Origin: Hyphochytrium catenoides
Taxonomy: Eukaryota > Protista > Hyphochytriomycota
DNA length: 64,000 nt
Assembly (NCBI GenBank): GCA_900088475.1
Contig: FLMG01004535.1
Span: forward strand, 1-64,000
Direction: 5' to 3'
The translations under genes were made by a program, and so were the position numbers. Of the stretch, positions 13,201 to 27,060 are shown piece after piece (within the stretch, counting starts at the first letter, position 1; every line of letters starts with the position of its first letter). The notes beneath the pieces were generated by a model. That model was not told where the DNA came from and ran no database searches. It saw only the letters and a list, made by a program, of their open reading frames with translations.

Positions 13201-16200
13201 ATGCAGAGGTCTATCCTTAGTGATTAAGACAAATGCAGGCACATGGAGCTTTATGAACCAGAACCCAAGTGCGGTTACAAGTTGTCAGGCAAGCAGATAG
13301 AGGCAACGATAATGGTTATCTGAGACGGAGGTGGCATTACAAGGGGAAAGGGGAAAGTGACGAACGGTCAAAAGCTAAGGGAGACGCAACGGCACTCCAC
13401 GAGAATGGTGACGGTAGGTCAAATCGCTTTTACCTGGTACAGTCCCCTCTCATCCTTCAGACCAAAACGCCACGGGGTTGCCATCATGGCATCAGAACTG
13501 AGGCCAAATCCCAACCTATCGAACGAAAACGCAAATCCAGTGCACACGCAGGGGGTTAAGATGACAGCCAAGTGTGAGACAGACGGAGTATAATGCCATG
13601 ACAAGACCTGGAATAGTGTGCCCCGGCGAGAAGAGTAAGCTGCTGGCGTTGGAAGGGAGGATAATGGAGGCAAGACATGCGACGCCTCAAAAGCATGACA
13701 GGAGAAAGATTCTAGAATAGACATCACAGTGAGATAGGAAAATAGCCAGCTAGGAGAGTCCCTGCATTGCAGAAGAGAAAGAAAGAAGTGAATTTGAGGG
13801 CACGCTTTACCGCAGAAGCAACTGGACGGGTTCCTTTCCCTCCTTTGTGCTTTGTAAGGATAACCATTCAGCTTTACTGTTGAAGCCATACTGGTACACC
13901 TTGAGAATATTCAAACGGCACCATCCGACAGTCTCCCCAAGACCATTCAAGAGAAAGAGAAAGACATCTGGAATCTGTCGTGGAAAATGAGCCAAAATTG
14001 TTAGAAAAGCTGCCCTCACTGGAAAGGTCGTGGAGCGGAGCAGTATGATGGAGAGATGGGGAGAGAGAGAGATGGAGGGTGGAAAGAGAGAAAGAGAGAG
14101 AGAGTGAAACAGAGAGATGGGGACACAGAAATAGAAGGACAGAAAGAGAGCAAAGAGAGATAGAGTGAGAAAAAGAAAGGAGAGAGGGAGGAGAGAGGGG
14201 AAGAGAGAGATGAGAAGAGAGGCGAAGGAGAGTCTCAAATGTCTGTATCTCACCTGTGCCAGATCTGCGGGCAGTTTGAGAGAGACAAGGTGTAGCATCT
14301 GTTTCCACGCGCACACACCGGAAGGCGCTTCTGTGAATCGACTTACAGCACATCTCCGGCCAAGACAAATCTGTCATTGTGGGCACAGTTAACGCGACAC
14401 ATTGACCAGAGTCAGGAAGATATCCATAGGTAGAAAGTGTGGAGAAGGCGGAGATGTGCGGTACAGGATGTGAGTGAAGATAAAGTTGAGATTAAAGGAG
14501 TGGCCAGATGAATCGAATGACAGGATAAAGATCAATGAACTAAGCTTGAGCCAACCCAGCACGAGTTGGAGAAGAATGCCCAAGGGAGTGGCAGGTCAAA
14601 TAGGGAACGAGAGACATTTCAGTAGGGAGACCTTGACGGCATAGATTCCTGCTTTGGGAGAGAGTACAGCTAAGCCCTTCGGATGCGGAATCTTGGAGGC
14701 GGAATAAACAAGAGCACGCAGAACGTATTCGCTCTCAGTTGGCCCTTCTGGGACTAGAATCCTAAAAGGTGAGCAGATTAGACGGCAAAAGACGAGAGAG
14801 AGGGAGGCAGGTTTCCGTGATAACAATAACATATTTTGGCGGGCGAGGCTTATGGAAGATGATGACCCAAAGAGGCTCCGAAGTCAGAGAGGCTGAAATG
14901 AAAGTGGTAGGAGGAGAAAGAGCTGAATGTCCGATCCTCACAGTCTAGTGAAAGATCCTTTTCGCTTTTCTGGGCTCTTTGTTTCTTCCCTGGCTGAGAG
15001 CATCAGCCTTCCAAAGTACTCCGTCGGTATATTCCTTGCGCCGCGTCTCTGGTCTAGATAGAGGTTGTACCAAACTTTCTGAAACAACCTGAGACATTAG
15101 AAGGACAGAGAGGAGGGGCGATAAGAAGCCACCAAAGAAAAATTGAGGCCAAGACTGCTAGTGCAATATGTTAAGAAGTCGACCCTGAAGAAATACGGAG
15201 GAAGACCAACTCTAGAAGTCATGCCTGGATTTGCCAGAGGTTGGAAACAAAGCCATGAAGAAGCGAAGACAAGGCAGCTTAAGACCTTTCCAGCACTGTT
15301 GTACCTCGGGTGCTGCCTCACTTGTGCCCTGCTTATCCTTATGGGGCTGCAAGTCTTCTCTCCTTCGCCCTTTTCTATTGTAAAGGTTGGGTTAAGAGGG
15401 CCAAAGGCTGATGATGAGGGAGGCGGCGGGCCCTGAAGAAGCTCTATAGTGATGATATCCGACAATGAAGGTAGGAAGAAAGGGATCCATAACTCCTGTT
15501 GATACTCCACGGCGTGCCAGCCTTCTGGCCGCATTATCGTTCGTCCCGGAGCCGACAGGACGCTCTCTCCTATCAACGTTACCGACGGTATTCATTAAGT
15601 AGAAGAAAGTAGAACTCAATGGATTAGTCGTATGCAAGTCTAGGTGATGGCGCTATGACTGCCTGAATATAGTCAGAAGACCCAAGTAAAACCCGCACTA
15701 GATCAAAAGCAGGGCAATTCGACAATATTGACATGGATTATTTCCAGAGAACAGGCAAGAACACTCCAACAGAGAAGTGAAGAGCCCGGAGAGAGAAGAG
15801 ACTTCACTGATAGATAACAACGCTGGTCTGATACCTCCAAAGGTACAATGGACTCGGACAGAGTTGTCTTTGAAAAGGCCCCAAAAGTTGCTCTGATGAA
15901 CAAGATCTTCTACCTAACGTAGCGGGAAGGGCTAAGTATAGGGATATAGGGCGAATTGGAGGTCCAGTAAAGTCACAAAAAGAGAGCGGAATGTGGCAGG
16001 TACGGAGACACTCTTACCATGTGGACAGTAATTACAAGAAACCTTGCTGCTAATGTGGTCTCAGGTAAGGGCAGAGACAGCGGACGTAAAGAAAGGTCCA
16101 CTGATGGTACGCGAGGTTTTGGAGGGCTCAGTGCCTCCTGGATGGAAAGAGAATTAGCAGGCCGAGTTGATAACGGACGATTAGGAAGACAACGCCTATA

Positions 16201-18962
16201 ACACTTCCCGATAGGGTCATTTCAACACATTTCTATGTTTCTGGAAGGATCACAAGAGAGGGCAAAGAAGGGTGCTATTGACCAAATGAGTGGATAGATT
16301 GTGTCTTGGTAATGGGATGGGGAGCCCAAAAAGCTATGAAGGATAATTAAGGTAAAACCAGGTTAATCAATCGTTCTCGTACCGTTAGCAATCCACCGTG
16401 CTCATCTCCTGGACCAACCACAGCCACAGACAGCAGAAGGTAGCCTCGCAGTTCTGCCTCCTCATCGCCCAAGAGCGGCAGCCACTGGCGAGTAACTGAG
16501 TGTTGCGGATTGCTGTACAGGAAAGGGACGTCCATCTAGTAGGAGTAACAATGACAGCACGATATGACAGATGAGTCAGTAAAGACAAGACCAGGCAGCA
16601 TCACAGAGATGAGGATAAAATACTGCAGAAGATATGTTGGAAAGAAGGCACTGTCGGAGCCTGAGAAGAGAACTGTGCGTCCTTTGCAAGGGGTCACTTG
16701 CTTAGCCTTCCCTTCGTACGGAATTGTGGGATATACGAAAGAAATGGCGGGATGGAAGAGATGGTCCCTTTTAGGTGTAGAATTGTGTACCTCCAAAGAG
16801 CCAATTAGCTCGTTCTTGAGCCCTGGGAGACCCAGAATATCATCCGTACCCTCCGCATTCAGTACTTGTAGGAGTATCTTGGCGTTGGAGATCGTTGAGG
16901 AATCCAGGTCCTAAAGACACATGCCACGGCTGAGCAGTGCTATTGCAGGTCAACCGCTAAGACCGCCTTCCCCTAGTCATTACTCTTCGAATCACGTCTC
17001 TCAGAAACTACTTGTTCCTCCTTCGCTCAATTGTTGAACTACCACCTCCGCCTAGTCTGATGTCGTTACTGCTGATGGCGCCGAACATGCGTCAACGCCA
17101 AAAGTGTTCCAGCGGCCAGAGCTTACCTTGAAGTTCATCACTATCTTTTCATCGAATACAACGGATCTCACTCGTCTCCTAATTGTTGAGTGCTGGTGCT
17201 GGCCTAGGGCTGTCACATGGACTACTGGATCCACAGTCCCAGTCACACGATTAGGGTGCAAGTCTCTTGCCTCAACAATGTGGATCTACGATATTGACGC
17301 CAAATACACGAGAAGGAAGAAGATAGAGAGAGCTTAGAAGGAGAACAAGGAAGAAGTGGGATGTTCGGCTCTCGAAAAGCGATCACAGCCACCTCACCAC
17401 AGAGGACGACAGGAGACAAAGTGCCAGATAGATAAGCCTGCACTGACTAAAGCCATGAGCAAAGATGGAGGCTATGAAGCAGGGCCGCCGGTAGCAGGCG
17501 AAAACGGGACTAGAGTAACAAGCAGGCCCGCTATTGCTACCTGGATCTGATAGTCTCCCGATCTCATGTCCCTTTTCCTCCATTCAGCATTAAGAGCCTC
17601 ACGCTCTCGTTGAATCTACGGTCATGAAAGAGGTAAACAACCAGAATAAGTGAGCAAAGGGTCTGATAGGTATAGCAGGGGAGGGGCGTCATTTCAAGCA
17701 AAAAGTTTCAGCAGTGATTAGTGACGCGCTAGACAGAGTGAGTCGGTGGAGGAACAAGAAGCATGAAAGTTATGGCAGTGTAGCAGTGGGGTAAGGGAGC
17801 AATGGAGGAGAAAATTCTGCATACCTGGTTTAGCAGCTCTTTATTCTTTGCATTGTGCCTACTAAGCGTGTCATAGGACTCGCAAAGCGAGGATCGGATG
17901 CTCTCGAGGCCGCCCAGACTCTGCTGATCCGTGGGCACCCAGCGGTCCAACTTGATGGAGAGCTTGATCCGAGGTGCGCTGGCCTATAAAAAGGGCATGG
18001 GATGATCATATGTAACTCAAGGACAGCTGACTAAGGATTGTAGAAAGAGATCAGGGAAAGCGTCTAAGCAAAGGAAGAAGGAGAGTTTCCAGGGAGCAGG
18101 AAGTTCCCAATAGAGCACAGACACAGGCGGGTAAGTACAAGGTAACGGACTGAAAGAGAGATGTTGAATCTGTGAGTCAGGCAGATGGAGGAAGGGTAAG
18201 GCAGCTGCAGTGTACCTCCGATCTAGATCCCCTGTCGTGAAGCCAGTACCACATCACCACCTCATGCGAGGGGATTAGGTCGTCAAAGTCAATTTTGACA
18301 CTTCCTAGGCAGCGCTCTTGCAGTCCGCCTGTCTGCCCCTCCTCACTTGGTGCCCCAAGTGAACGCTTCAGCATCAGACCTGCAGTCATAAACTCTTGGA
18401 CCCCGTCCACCTGACGAAAAGCGGTTAGGAGTCGCACAACTGCCATGACATGAGCTCGGAGAGGGATTGTGGTGGAAGGAGCTAACGAGGACGGAAGGAG
18501 CGAGATAGGAAACTGTGATATACAGCTAGGCAGAAGAACATTTGTGGAGGACAGCGTGAATAGTAACGCTAAAAAGCTGTAAAGAGGACGGATGGTTAGC
18601 TGGACAAATTAAGAGCTTATACACCGCAAAGCCACAGGGCAATAGAAGGCAAGAGCACTGAACAAAGCACGAGACAGGAAAGAGTACTAAATCCCATGAC
18701 ACTTTACCGTCCCAAACACTAAGCATTCATCCCACTCCAATGCTTCACCCGCTGAAATTGCGCGAGTCTTTAGCAGCTCATCGCCACACTGAACAAAACA
18801 GTCTGATGGCCAGGGAATCAGTAGTTGCTCCTCGGGCAACTAGGGGTAAGGGACTACTTGAGACTTACAGACACTGCCATCTTCTGGGACGTCGACGCTT
18901 GCGGCAGCGATCACCTCAACTCTCAAGGTGATGCTGCCTGTCTTGGGTTTGCCCAGGACCAT
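7232..18962 (-). CDS. Ferlin family multi-C2 membrane protein (otoferlin/myoferlin-like), many exons
   Basis: Start ATG 18962 (MVLGKPKTGSITLRVEVIAA..YCFVQCGDELLKTR..WDECLVF). Recognisable exons: GDYQIQ/IHIVEARDL..VDPVVHV..VFDEK; RQWLPLL..LRGYLLLSVAVVGPGDE; VRLYILQG..NPYIRICLG..EPGFYSLFEL; VWDRD..LIGETSIDLEERW; LSLWVDIL; FELRMVVWKT..SDLYIKAW; SDTHWRCREGVGSYNWRMKF; GEVLVSIELLP..PCGWGRGYPNSNPQLPPP. A C-terminal hydrophobic anchor follows. Internal exon boundaries are not all resolved. Confidence 0.93.
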
Positions 18963-19883
18963 ATTATCCTTCACCAGGTGCGAACTTCAACTTCAGTAGT
19001 TCAGCTCACACGCAGGAGTCAATGGACCTGCAACGTCTTGAACGTAGTCTTTAAGCGACGATATTCGCGGTTGACAGAGGCAATATACCTTGTTCTCCTT
19101 GGAGACTGCGCCAAAGAAGGATGTTCCCACACAGCTACCAGCGAGAGATCATCTCAAGAACGCCGAAGTGCTCCGCCATGTAGAAAGCAACTAAAGATAT
19201 TGATACGGTATTGTGTGAGGGTGCCTCATCTTAAGGTTCGGATGCTTCAGATGATGGGCCCATGTGCTGCATAGCGCTTCTAAGCCAGGAAGCTAGGAGC
19301 TCATGTCCCCTGAACGTTCGAGTGATGTGAGAGATCAGATGAAGCGGTGGTGCTTGGTAGTGGTGCCGCTGCTGCTGCTGCTGCTGCTGCTCCGCCTTCC
19401 TCTTCGATCTCGCATCCTTTCCTCCCCTTTGTCTTTCCCTTGTCGTCCCCCTTCTTATCAAAAAATCCGAAGCAATCCATTCCGATAGATCGTTTGGGAG
19501 GTTATCAGTTATCTGATTATTTACGTTAGTCTTAATTGGTTTTTCAATCAGTTTTCTCTCTTTAGTTCTACAATTTGCAGCAATTGTCAGTTCTATTATT
19601 GATACTTCCTTCTTCCTTTGCCTTGTTGTGCAGGCAGCATCAGATGTCAGCCGATCTGATTGATCTCTTTGATCTATTTATTGGTTGCCGATAGCACCTG
19701 CAGTAACAACTCACCCGCACGCCGTCGTACTCGTAGGAGATTTGTTCAAGGTTGATAGCCTGACATTAGCCTGACTATAGCTTGAAGGCCACTTCCTTAC
19801 GAAGAAGGGCTCGAGGAGACGAAGGTTCACTCGAATTCTGACACAGGCACGACGTACTAAGGGGAACCGGGATACGTTTGAAG

Positions 19884-20224
19884 ATGGTCCAGGAAACAGA
19901 AGAATTGCGTCTGGCGGACCACTTCCCAAGCGTTGCGAAGCCTTGCACGGCAGTAGCCAAACCCTTCTTTGACTGCTTCTACGAGCAGGGCAAGCAACCA
20001 GAGGATGGGGTAAGGAGCTAACTCCAACGTTCTGAAACGCGTGAGACTAAGCTAGAACTATTCCGCAGGACAAGGATGCAGGCATGAAGGGCCTGTCAAG
20101 CTGCATGCAAGAGATGAAAGCCTATGATGAATGCATGCATGGATATTTGAAGGACCATCCAAGAGAAGCCTTCAGGGTACAAGAAGAGTACAGGCGGAAA
20201 AGAAAGCCAGCTGACGCGGCATAG
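19884..20224 (+). CDS. Small twin-CX9C (CHCH-type) protein, 93 aa, probable mitochondrial intermembrane space protein
   Basis: Exons 19884-20009 and 20069-20224, intron GTAAGG...CCGCAG in phase 0: MVQETEELRLADHFPSVAKPCTAVAKPFFDCFYEQGKQPEDG|DKDAGMKGLSSCMQEMKAYDECMHGYLKDHPREAFRVQEEYRRKRKPADAA*. It has two exact C-X9-C motifs. Absent from the ORF track because each exon is under 60 aa. Confidence 0.85.
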
Positions 20225-21862
20225 CACAACCTATAGGTCACTGTAACCAGCACATCTTGTCAATCGGCTTCAGCATTGAAGGTAAACCTTCAGGGGATCA
20301 ACGAGGATGCTAGTGTTTCTAGATGAAGGCGACAGATTGGGAGGACGAGGCTTCTATGTGACGATGTAGAAGAACAAGTGCGGTCACCTCTCCAAAGCAT
20401 TTATCCTCTAGTTTTGTTTGGACAGTATTCAGGCTCTGCGGTGGTCAGGGGGAGGAGGACCGTACGAGTCGACAGGTCGGGCGGGTTGGCACCTTTACCA
20501 AGAGTGCACCTTTCAGTTGGCGGCCGCCATAGCTCAAGTTGCCCCCAAACAAAAACTGGGAGGTGAAGCGCTAGTCTCTCAGGGTAACTCTGAATAACCG
20601 TAACAGAAGAATGGGCTTCCTATTGAGTAAATATGTCCTCGACCAGCGCTTCAATGGGATCCGCACTCCTTCTACTTTCGCTAATATGGCATGAGGATTA
20701 AACATCCAGGTGACTCTCCATGCTCCCGAGGATAGAATGGCCTAGGCAGAGTATAAAGGAAGGTTTGTTGCCTAACGACACTCGGATGCTGTAAGTTCCC
20801 TCAGCCTAGTGGAGGCAGTTTTGGAGAAAGAAATCCTCAGCTCTCCTTATCAATGAGTGAGAATTGTAGGAAGCTTGCAAAGTAGGCGGCGGTGAGATTA
20901 TAAAAAAAAGACATGTTGGGCCTAGAAAGACGATCGAACATAGCATGTCCTTTGAAGGTTGCAAGACAAAATATTGAAGGAGACTCAACGCTTCCCTTGC
21001 TTTGGCAACAACTATCAACAAAAGCGAAGGGCCGTCCTCCTTCAAACCACCTCGGTGTCTTACAGTACAATGCAACAGAAGAAGTCGTATCAACGGAAGC
21101 GAAGCTTGGGACTACTACTCGTAAGGTTATTATCTATGGGCTAGCTAGCGATGAATGAACATCTCGGTTTAGCTCTTTTTCTTCATCAGATCCTGGCTGG
21201 TAGCTGCGCGTCTAGCACTTGGTACACCGCAGTTCTCACAGTTTAAAAATGAAAAATACAGTTTGCGTTGGACAGAACCAGAACTTCAGATGTCGGCGTT
21301 TGTTCGACAGCTTTCCACCGCCCACCCACTCCATCAAAATCCCTGCAACAACCTATTTGCGGGTAGAGTCACGAAGGCGGGTGGGAGGATATGTCTCTTC
21401 GGCCTTCTTCCCCTTCCTCCAGGCTTTTTCTCATGGATGACGAACCCAAGAGAGTCATCAATCCACCAGAGGTCAGGCGAAGGTTCTGATGTCCCTTGAT
21501 GGCACTCAGTGACCACCTACTGCTGATGCCCTTCCTTTCCTTCCTTCCTTCCTTCAACTGCCCGATTAGCTTGGCGGCCGGCCTGACGTCCTTTGATCAA
21601 CTGGCGGTCATTGCGGAAGAAGAGATCAGTAGAGAAAAAAAGATGATTACTTGCGCATAGAGATAGCGCTGCCTCGGGAAGAATAGTGGAGACTTGTGTG
21701 GGCGATGGAGGTTTTGAGCCGGTGGTGTTGACACCAGGGGCTCAAAGAAACTTCAAGGCGAGTGTGCTACATTGTTGCTGAGTGTCCCAGCCTGGCAGAC
21801 GCTCATCGGCGTCCACATCTACCTATTTAGCGTTTGGTACCTGGCCAGAGGCTTAGCAGACC

Positions 21863-24800
21863 ATGGCTAGTGACTCGGGGCATGCATCTAAGGAGCGGAC
21901 AAAGATGCAGAGTCTAAACCTGTCTGCTTTGCATCCTCGTAATGATGGAGATGATGAACAAGCTGCTAACTTGAGAAGTCCAAATTCCGATTTCATGCTA
22001 GCTCCGGACTACGCTATACACGTCCCCTCCTTCCATGCAGCCACCTATAGAGATTCGTCTACGTCCTCAACGACTCTGAACGCCAATCATGAAGGTATGA
22101 GTTTCTCATAAGTCCGTCTCTACTTCTTCGAACTAAGCGTTCTCCCGCGTGACGCTTTTGGTGCGCAGGAGGCAAAAGCAAACAGCATGAGAAGCTATTG
22201 AAAGGAGATAATCTCATTATCTTGAGCTGCGTCTCCCTCACAGTATTTCTGATGTACTTCGGCATCTCTTTACCTATATCGTTCCTTCCAAGTAAGTATA
22301 TGCCGTCGCTTGCCGAGGCTCTGCTCATTTCCATGAGTTTTCTTCGCTGCAGCTGATATGCAATTGCTGCTGACCTATTTCTTATTGTGGCTTTCTCTTT
22401 TGCCTACGCTTTGGCTAGCGTGTGCTTGGTTCTTTACCTCTCCAAATGTGTGTTACCGCTGCTTGCTTAGTTTGTTAACCGGAGCTCCTCTTTTTAGGCA
22501 CCGTAACGGACCTAGGTGCAAGTTTGATTGAAGTTGGTATCCTATTTGGCGTCTTTCCCTTCGCCTCTACCATCTTCGTGCCTGCTGCAGGTTGGCTCTG
22601 CATGAGGTGAGTACAGGATAGCTTTTGGAGTTTAGGAACGTAGGGACGCGGAAAGAGGAGGGGACGGAGTCTAATGATATGGGCCAAGGAGACGTAGCAG
22701 ACTACCGCGGGAGAACACAGCTTCAGCTTAATGCGACAACTACTTGTGTAGAAGTAGAGTAGGTCGTTAGGAGCCGCGACGACAAAACGTAAGACACCAA
22801 AGACGCCAAAGGAAGAGATGGGCATTTTTGGATGCAAATCTAAGATCTCTCCTACTTGTCGTAGGTTTGGGCGCCTGCCTGTACTGTTCGTTGGGTTGAA
22901 CGTTATGGGTATCTCGATGGTGCTCTTTGGGCTTATGGAGGAAAATTTGGCTCTCCTCTTCATTATGCGGGCCTGCCAGGGTATAGGTGGCGCGCTAGCA
23001 GGTACGGAATCCCTTCCGGACGGCTTTCTACTTGTGGAGTCGATCATGAGCCGCTTCTGTCCGTCTAGAAGCCAAATGGCTATATATCTGTTGCTATTGC
23101 ACTTACCTCATCCAATCTCCACTTCTCTGTGGCGAGCCCTAGTGTCCTACTTTTCGTCTTTATTACCTTAACGTACCAGGGCTCATTTCTTTATTGTTTA
23201 TCACTTTTAGTACTATCTTGTAGTCATGACTTTGGCTCACAATCTCTCTCTTCAACAGCTGTGGCGGCGACTTCTGTTCTCACTAATGAGTTCAGAGATC
23301 ACATGGGAGAGGCAATGGGAATCCGTGAAATGTTTGCAGGTATGCCGAAGGACTGAGATCAAAAGGGCTCTTGTGCACCAGTAGGAGAGTGAAAGCGGAG
23401 CGGTGTCTTCATCCTTGTCTCGTAGCTCCTTCCTTCCTTCTTGAAGAACACCTTACTGGTTCTTGCTGTGGCAATAACCGCTTGTGCCGTCCTGACAGGA
23501 GTGGCATTTGTTCTTGGGCCTACCTTCGGCGGCATTTTGTATGAGGCTGGGGGTTTTAAGCTCCCATTCTTCCTCATCGGGAGCATCAAGATTCTCTGCA
23601 GCTTCCCATTCACATGGGCGATCAAGCACGCAATTAGGCGTAATCGAGCACGAAGATGTAATCAAGAGAGAGACGGGCAAGCCCAGCTGGACGAGGACAG
23701 TGCAGAGAAAGCTGAGGCCGCGGGGCTCACTTTTGGGGATGTTGTCAGCTTGACGACCGTCGTGGCAGCAGGTTAGCGACGAGCAAGATCGATGATTGAC
23801 AAATAGACCTTTTCATCAGCTCATATACCTACTTCTGCTGAGGACTCCTTGTTGTGAAGCGCTGCCACGTTACACTCCCAAGACATGGACTCCCCTGGAA
23901 GTTTTTCCCGACCCTGATTTACCTGTTCCCTCTTTTTCTCAGCCCACATTGACGCTGTGTTGCTCTTGTTGGTCTTATTCTCTTGTTCCACCGATAGTGT
24001 GCAGGTTAAACTCCGTCTTTTCTTCATCTGTGCCACTTCAACCCTACGTTGCGCCTAACACTCCTGTTATCTAGTGGTCCTGTGTCTGCCCTACGTGGGC
24101 TTCAGCTTCACCGAGCCACAACTAGAGGAGCATCTGGACCGAGTGCTGGCTCTCTCTGCTGGAGAAGTTGGGGGTCTATATGCTATTATGGCCTTTTTCT
24201 ACTCTATTACTGCCATTTGGGCAGGCCGCGCAGTACGACGATATGACGCGAAGGCCATCCTGATGCTTGGGATATTGTTGGGCGTGATCGCTTTGCTAAT
24301 ACTGGGGCCCGTCCCGGGCGTTCAGGTTCCGAGCGTCGGTGTAATGTGGTTTATTCAAGTCCTTTTTATGGTCACCCTGGGGCTGAGTAAGTTAACAAGA
24401 ATCCATATGCTCTTACCTCGTCTGGCTTCGCTTCTGGTTACATGCCACAGAGATTGCTCTCTACTCCACTCTAATGCAGCCTCCTCTGTCCTTAGGCGGC
24501 GGTCTGTTGATCACTACCAGCTACGTGGTACTCGAGCATACCATCCCGAAGAAGCCAGGGCAACCAGAAATGTGCAGCTCCATTCTACAAGTGGCTGAAG
24601 GTAAGCAAAGGAGCTCATAGAGGTCACAGGTCTTAAAGTATCAGAGGGAGATGATGGCCTCCTGAGGCCCAAGCCGCTATCCAGAAATCTCATGTCCTTC
24701 CCTTCGATGTTTCACAGGACTCACATCGAGTATCATCCCGGTAATTGGCGGGGCTTTGGTAGCTGGTCTTCCTCACGTGACAGACAACTGCTATGCAAAA

Positions 24801-25085
24801 AGGGAGGAAGGCCAAGATACTCAGGAAAGTTCAGAAGAATGCGCCTCAGGAGTACCTTGGGCGGCCACCTTTTGGGCCATCATCTACTTCACATTATTCC
24901 TTTTGGTTGTCTTCTTTCTTCCGAGTCAGAAGCATATCATGTCTCCGACTGAAATGCCGCCCACTGGACATAAGGGAGACGAAGCAGAAGGAACGGCTAA
25001 GGTGGCAAGAGGTGGAGGAGACGACGGCCATTCGGCCTCTCCTACGCCTCAACTTAGGCTGCGGGAAGCAGAAGACGCAGCATAG
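21863..25085 (+). CDS. MFS transporter, SLC18B1/vesicular amine transporter-like, multi-exon
   Basis: Hydrophobic exons with MFS motifs: RFGRLPVLFVG, LFIMRACQGIGGALA, EFRDHMGEAMGIREMFAG, AFVLGPTFGGILYEAGGFKLPFFLIG, GFSFTEPQLEEHL, VGGLYAIMAFFYSITAIWAG. Confidence 0.9.
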
Positions 25086-25536
25086 GGACTTATGGCTGAA
25101 GAGAGACGAGAAGATGAGATAAGCCACAAGGCTAAGAAAGGAAAGAGAGGGAAGAGAGGGTCATGGGTCGGCCAACATAGATAACTCTTGCTCTCTCCTC
25201 TGTTCTTGTCAGCATGTCAGACTGTCCAGAATAGGCTGATTAGAAGCCCGAAGAAAGTAATCTCTTTAGCGCTATTTATTAGTAGCTTAGCTGATCTCGT
25301 AACGAGAATTAAGCATCAGGTTCCACGCGCGAAGGTGATCATCCTGTAGGACCAGCGCAAGACACGAATGTGTCTGGACGCAGGGAATACAGGCAGCGTT
25401 GCAAACGGATGTAGAATTGAGATGGAGGCCCAGCTTATCATAGGTGTAGATAAGAAGTGGAAAAAAGTAGGACAAGCAAGAGCGTTCGATGGTTCCATCC
25501 TCCGTCTTTCTCTTCTTTAGCTGCTCTGTTGCTTGT

Positions 25537-26774
25537 TTAGCTGCTCTTCTGCTTGTCTGAGTGGCCCAAATGCTTCTCTGGGGCTATGACATCACGAACG
25601 AGCTGCTTTAACTCCTTCGAGTCAGGGAACCTTCCTGCAGCCTTCCTGCTCCAAAGGACCCGCTTTTCTGCTTGCTTGACGTTTTCTGATTTGAACTCTG
25701 CGGTGCTTTCTGCAGGGCCTCCGTCCCCTCCAGCTTTGTCGCTGGATATGGCGCGGACCTCAAAGGTGCCTCCCACAATGTTATTCGGGAGAAGTGTAAC
25801 TACAAAGACGAAAGAAGGTCAAAGTGAAGCAGAAAAAGTGTAAATGGAAAGTGGGAAGCGATAACGGAGAGACATGGGAAGAGCGGAACGCCTAGAGAGA
25901 AGTGCAAGAGAGGGAGAGCAGCTAAGAGATCTTTGCTTAGCATCGACAGGGAAGACTGGCCAGGAAACGGACACGAGAAAAACGAAGGCAACGATAAAGA
26001 CCTCCGTGCGTTGCTGGCAGCCAAGACAAGAGAGCGAATGAGAGGGAAGTCTAGCGAGAGAGAAAAGTAGATTGGGACAAGACGTGGCAAGAAACAGCAA
26101 CTTGAACGCTATAGGTCACTTCATCACTGACCTCCAGTAAGCTCGTCCTGGAAGGTTGTTAGGAGCTCTTGAGCGAGCCAGGCGGCTCTCAGCATCCACC
26201 TGCAGCCCGTGCAGTACTCGATCTCAATAACAACAGGGCTACGGCGAGGCTGTAGAGAAATGATGAAGGATGAGACAAATGCATCCATCAGGCCCAGTCA
26301 TCGTGGGCAAGACAAATAATGATAATGCATATTGACGGGGCCAACAAAGCAGAGGAGAAAGAGGAGGATAGAGGGCCGAAGATAGGAGACGCAGCGCAGT
26401 GGGAACATGAACATGGGTGGAGGATAAAGAGAGGCTGTAGTTCGGGGAAGGGAGAGGTGCGGCGAGAAGAATCAGGGCTTCAGGGAATGATATAAGGACA
26501 TGCGTGGGGCACAGAGGTCAGAGGTACGACGCTAAGAAGGAGAAGCGCAATGCACTCGGACAGCAAAAGCAGAAGAAAGCTTCAAGGCAAGGCCTACAGT
26601 CAGAGCGTCGACTGCCCCTCCCAGTGCTGAATTTTTCTTCTGCTGCTGCTTCTCTCGATCAGCCTTGGCTAGCTTCTCTTGACGCAAGCGCTGTAAGACC
26701 ATCAGGGTACTGGCAATGCAGAGCAAGCCCACGACGGCGAGGATAGATCCTCCTTCCCCAGGCTTGACCTTCAT
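25537..26774 (-). CDS. Rdx family (SelW/SelT/SelH-like) thioredoxin-fold protein, CxxC form
   Basis: Exon starting at 26249 reads PRRSPVVIEIEYCTGCRWMLRAAWLAQELLTTFQDELTG. The last exon reads VTLLPNNIVGGTFEVR...LWSRKAAGRFPDSKELKQLVRDVIAPEKHLGHSD. A putative first exon 26774-26598 joins in phase 0 and is less certain. Confidence 0.9.
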
Positions 26775-26975
26775 AATCGTAGACAGGTGGGCGAGCAAGA
26801 GGGAACGAACGATAGGGTTCTCTTTGCTTGTCTTTATTAGCTCATACAAGCGCTCCCGATATATCCTATTAACGGCTTGATGTTTGAAGTTCCTCTCTAG
26901 AGCTTCTTCTCTCCTGATGTCCGTCAACCTCTCTCTTTCTATGATCTCTCTCTCTCTTCCCTGGGTCTCTCTCCC

Positions 26976-27060
26976 NNNNNNNNNNNNNNNNNNNNNNNNN
27001 NNNNNNNNNNNNNNNNNNNNNNNNNNNNNNNNNNNNNNNNNNNNNNNNNNNNNNNNNNNN
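26976..27060. other. Assembly gap (N run)
   Basis: Run of n flanked by CT repeats. Confidence 1.

Noticed and set aside
26190-26220. Selenoprotein (Sec-TGA)
   Set aside because: The redox motif is encoded TGC-ACG-GGC-TGC (CxxC) with no in-frame TGA.
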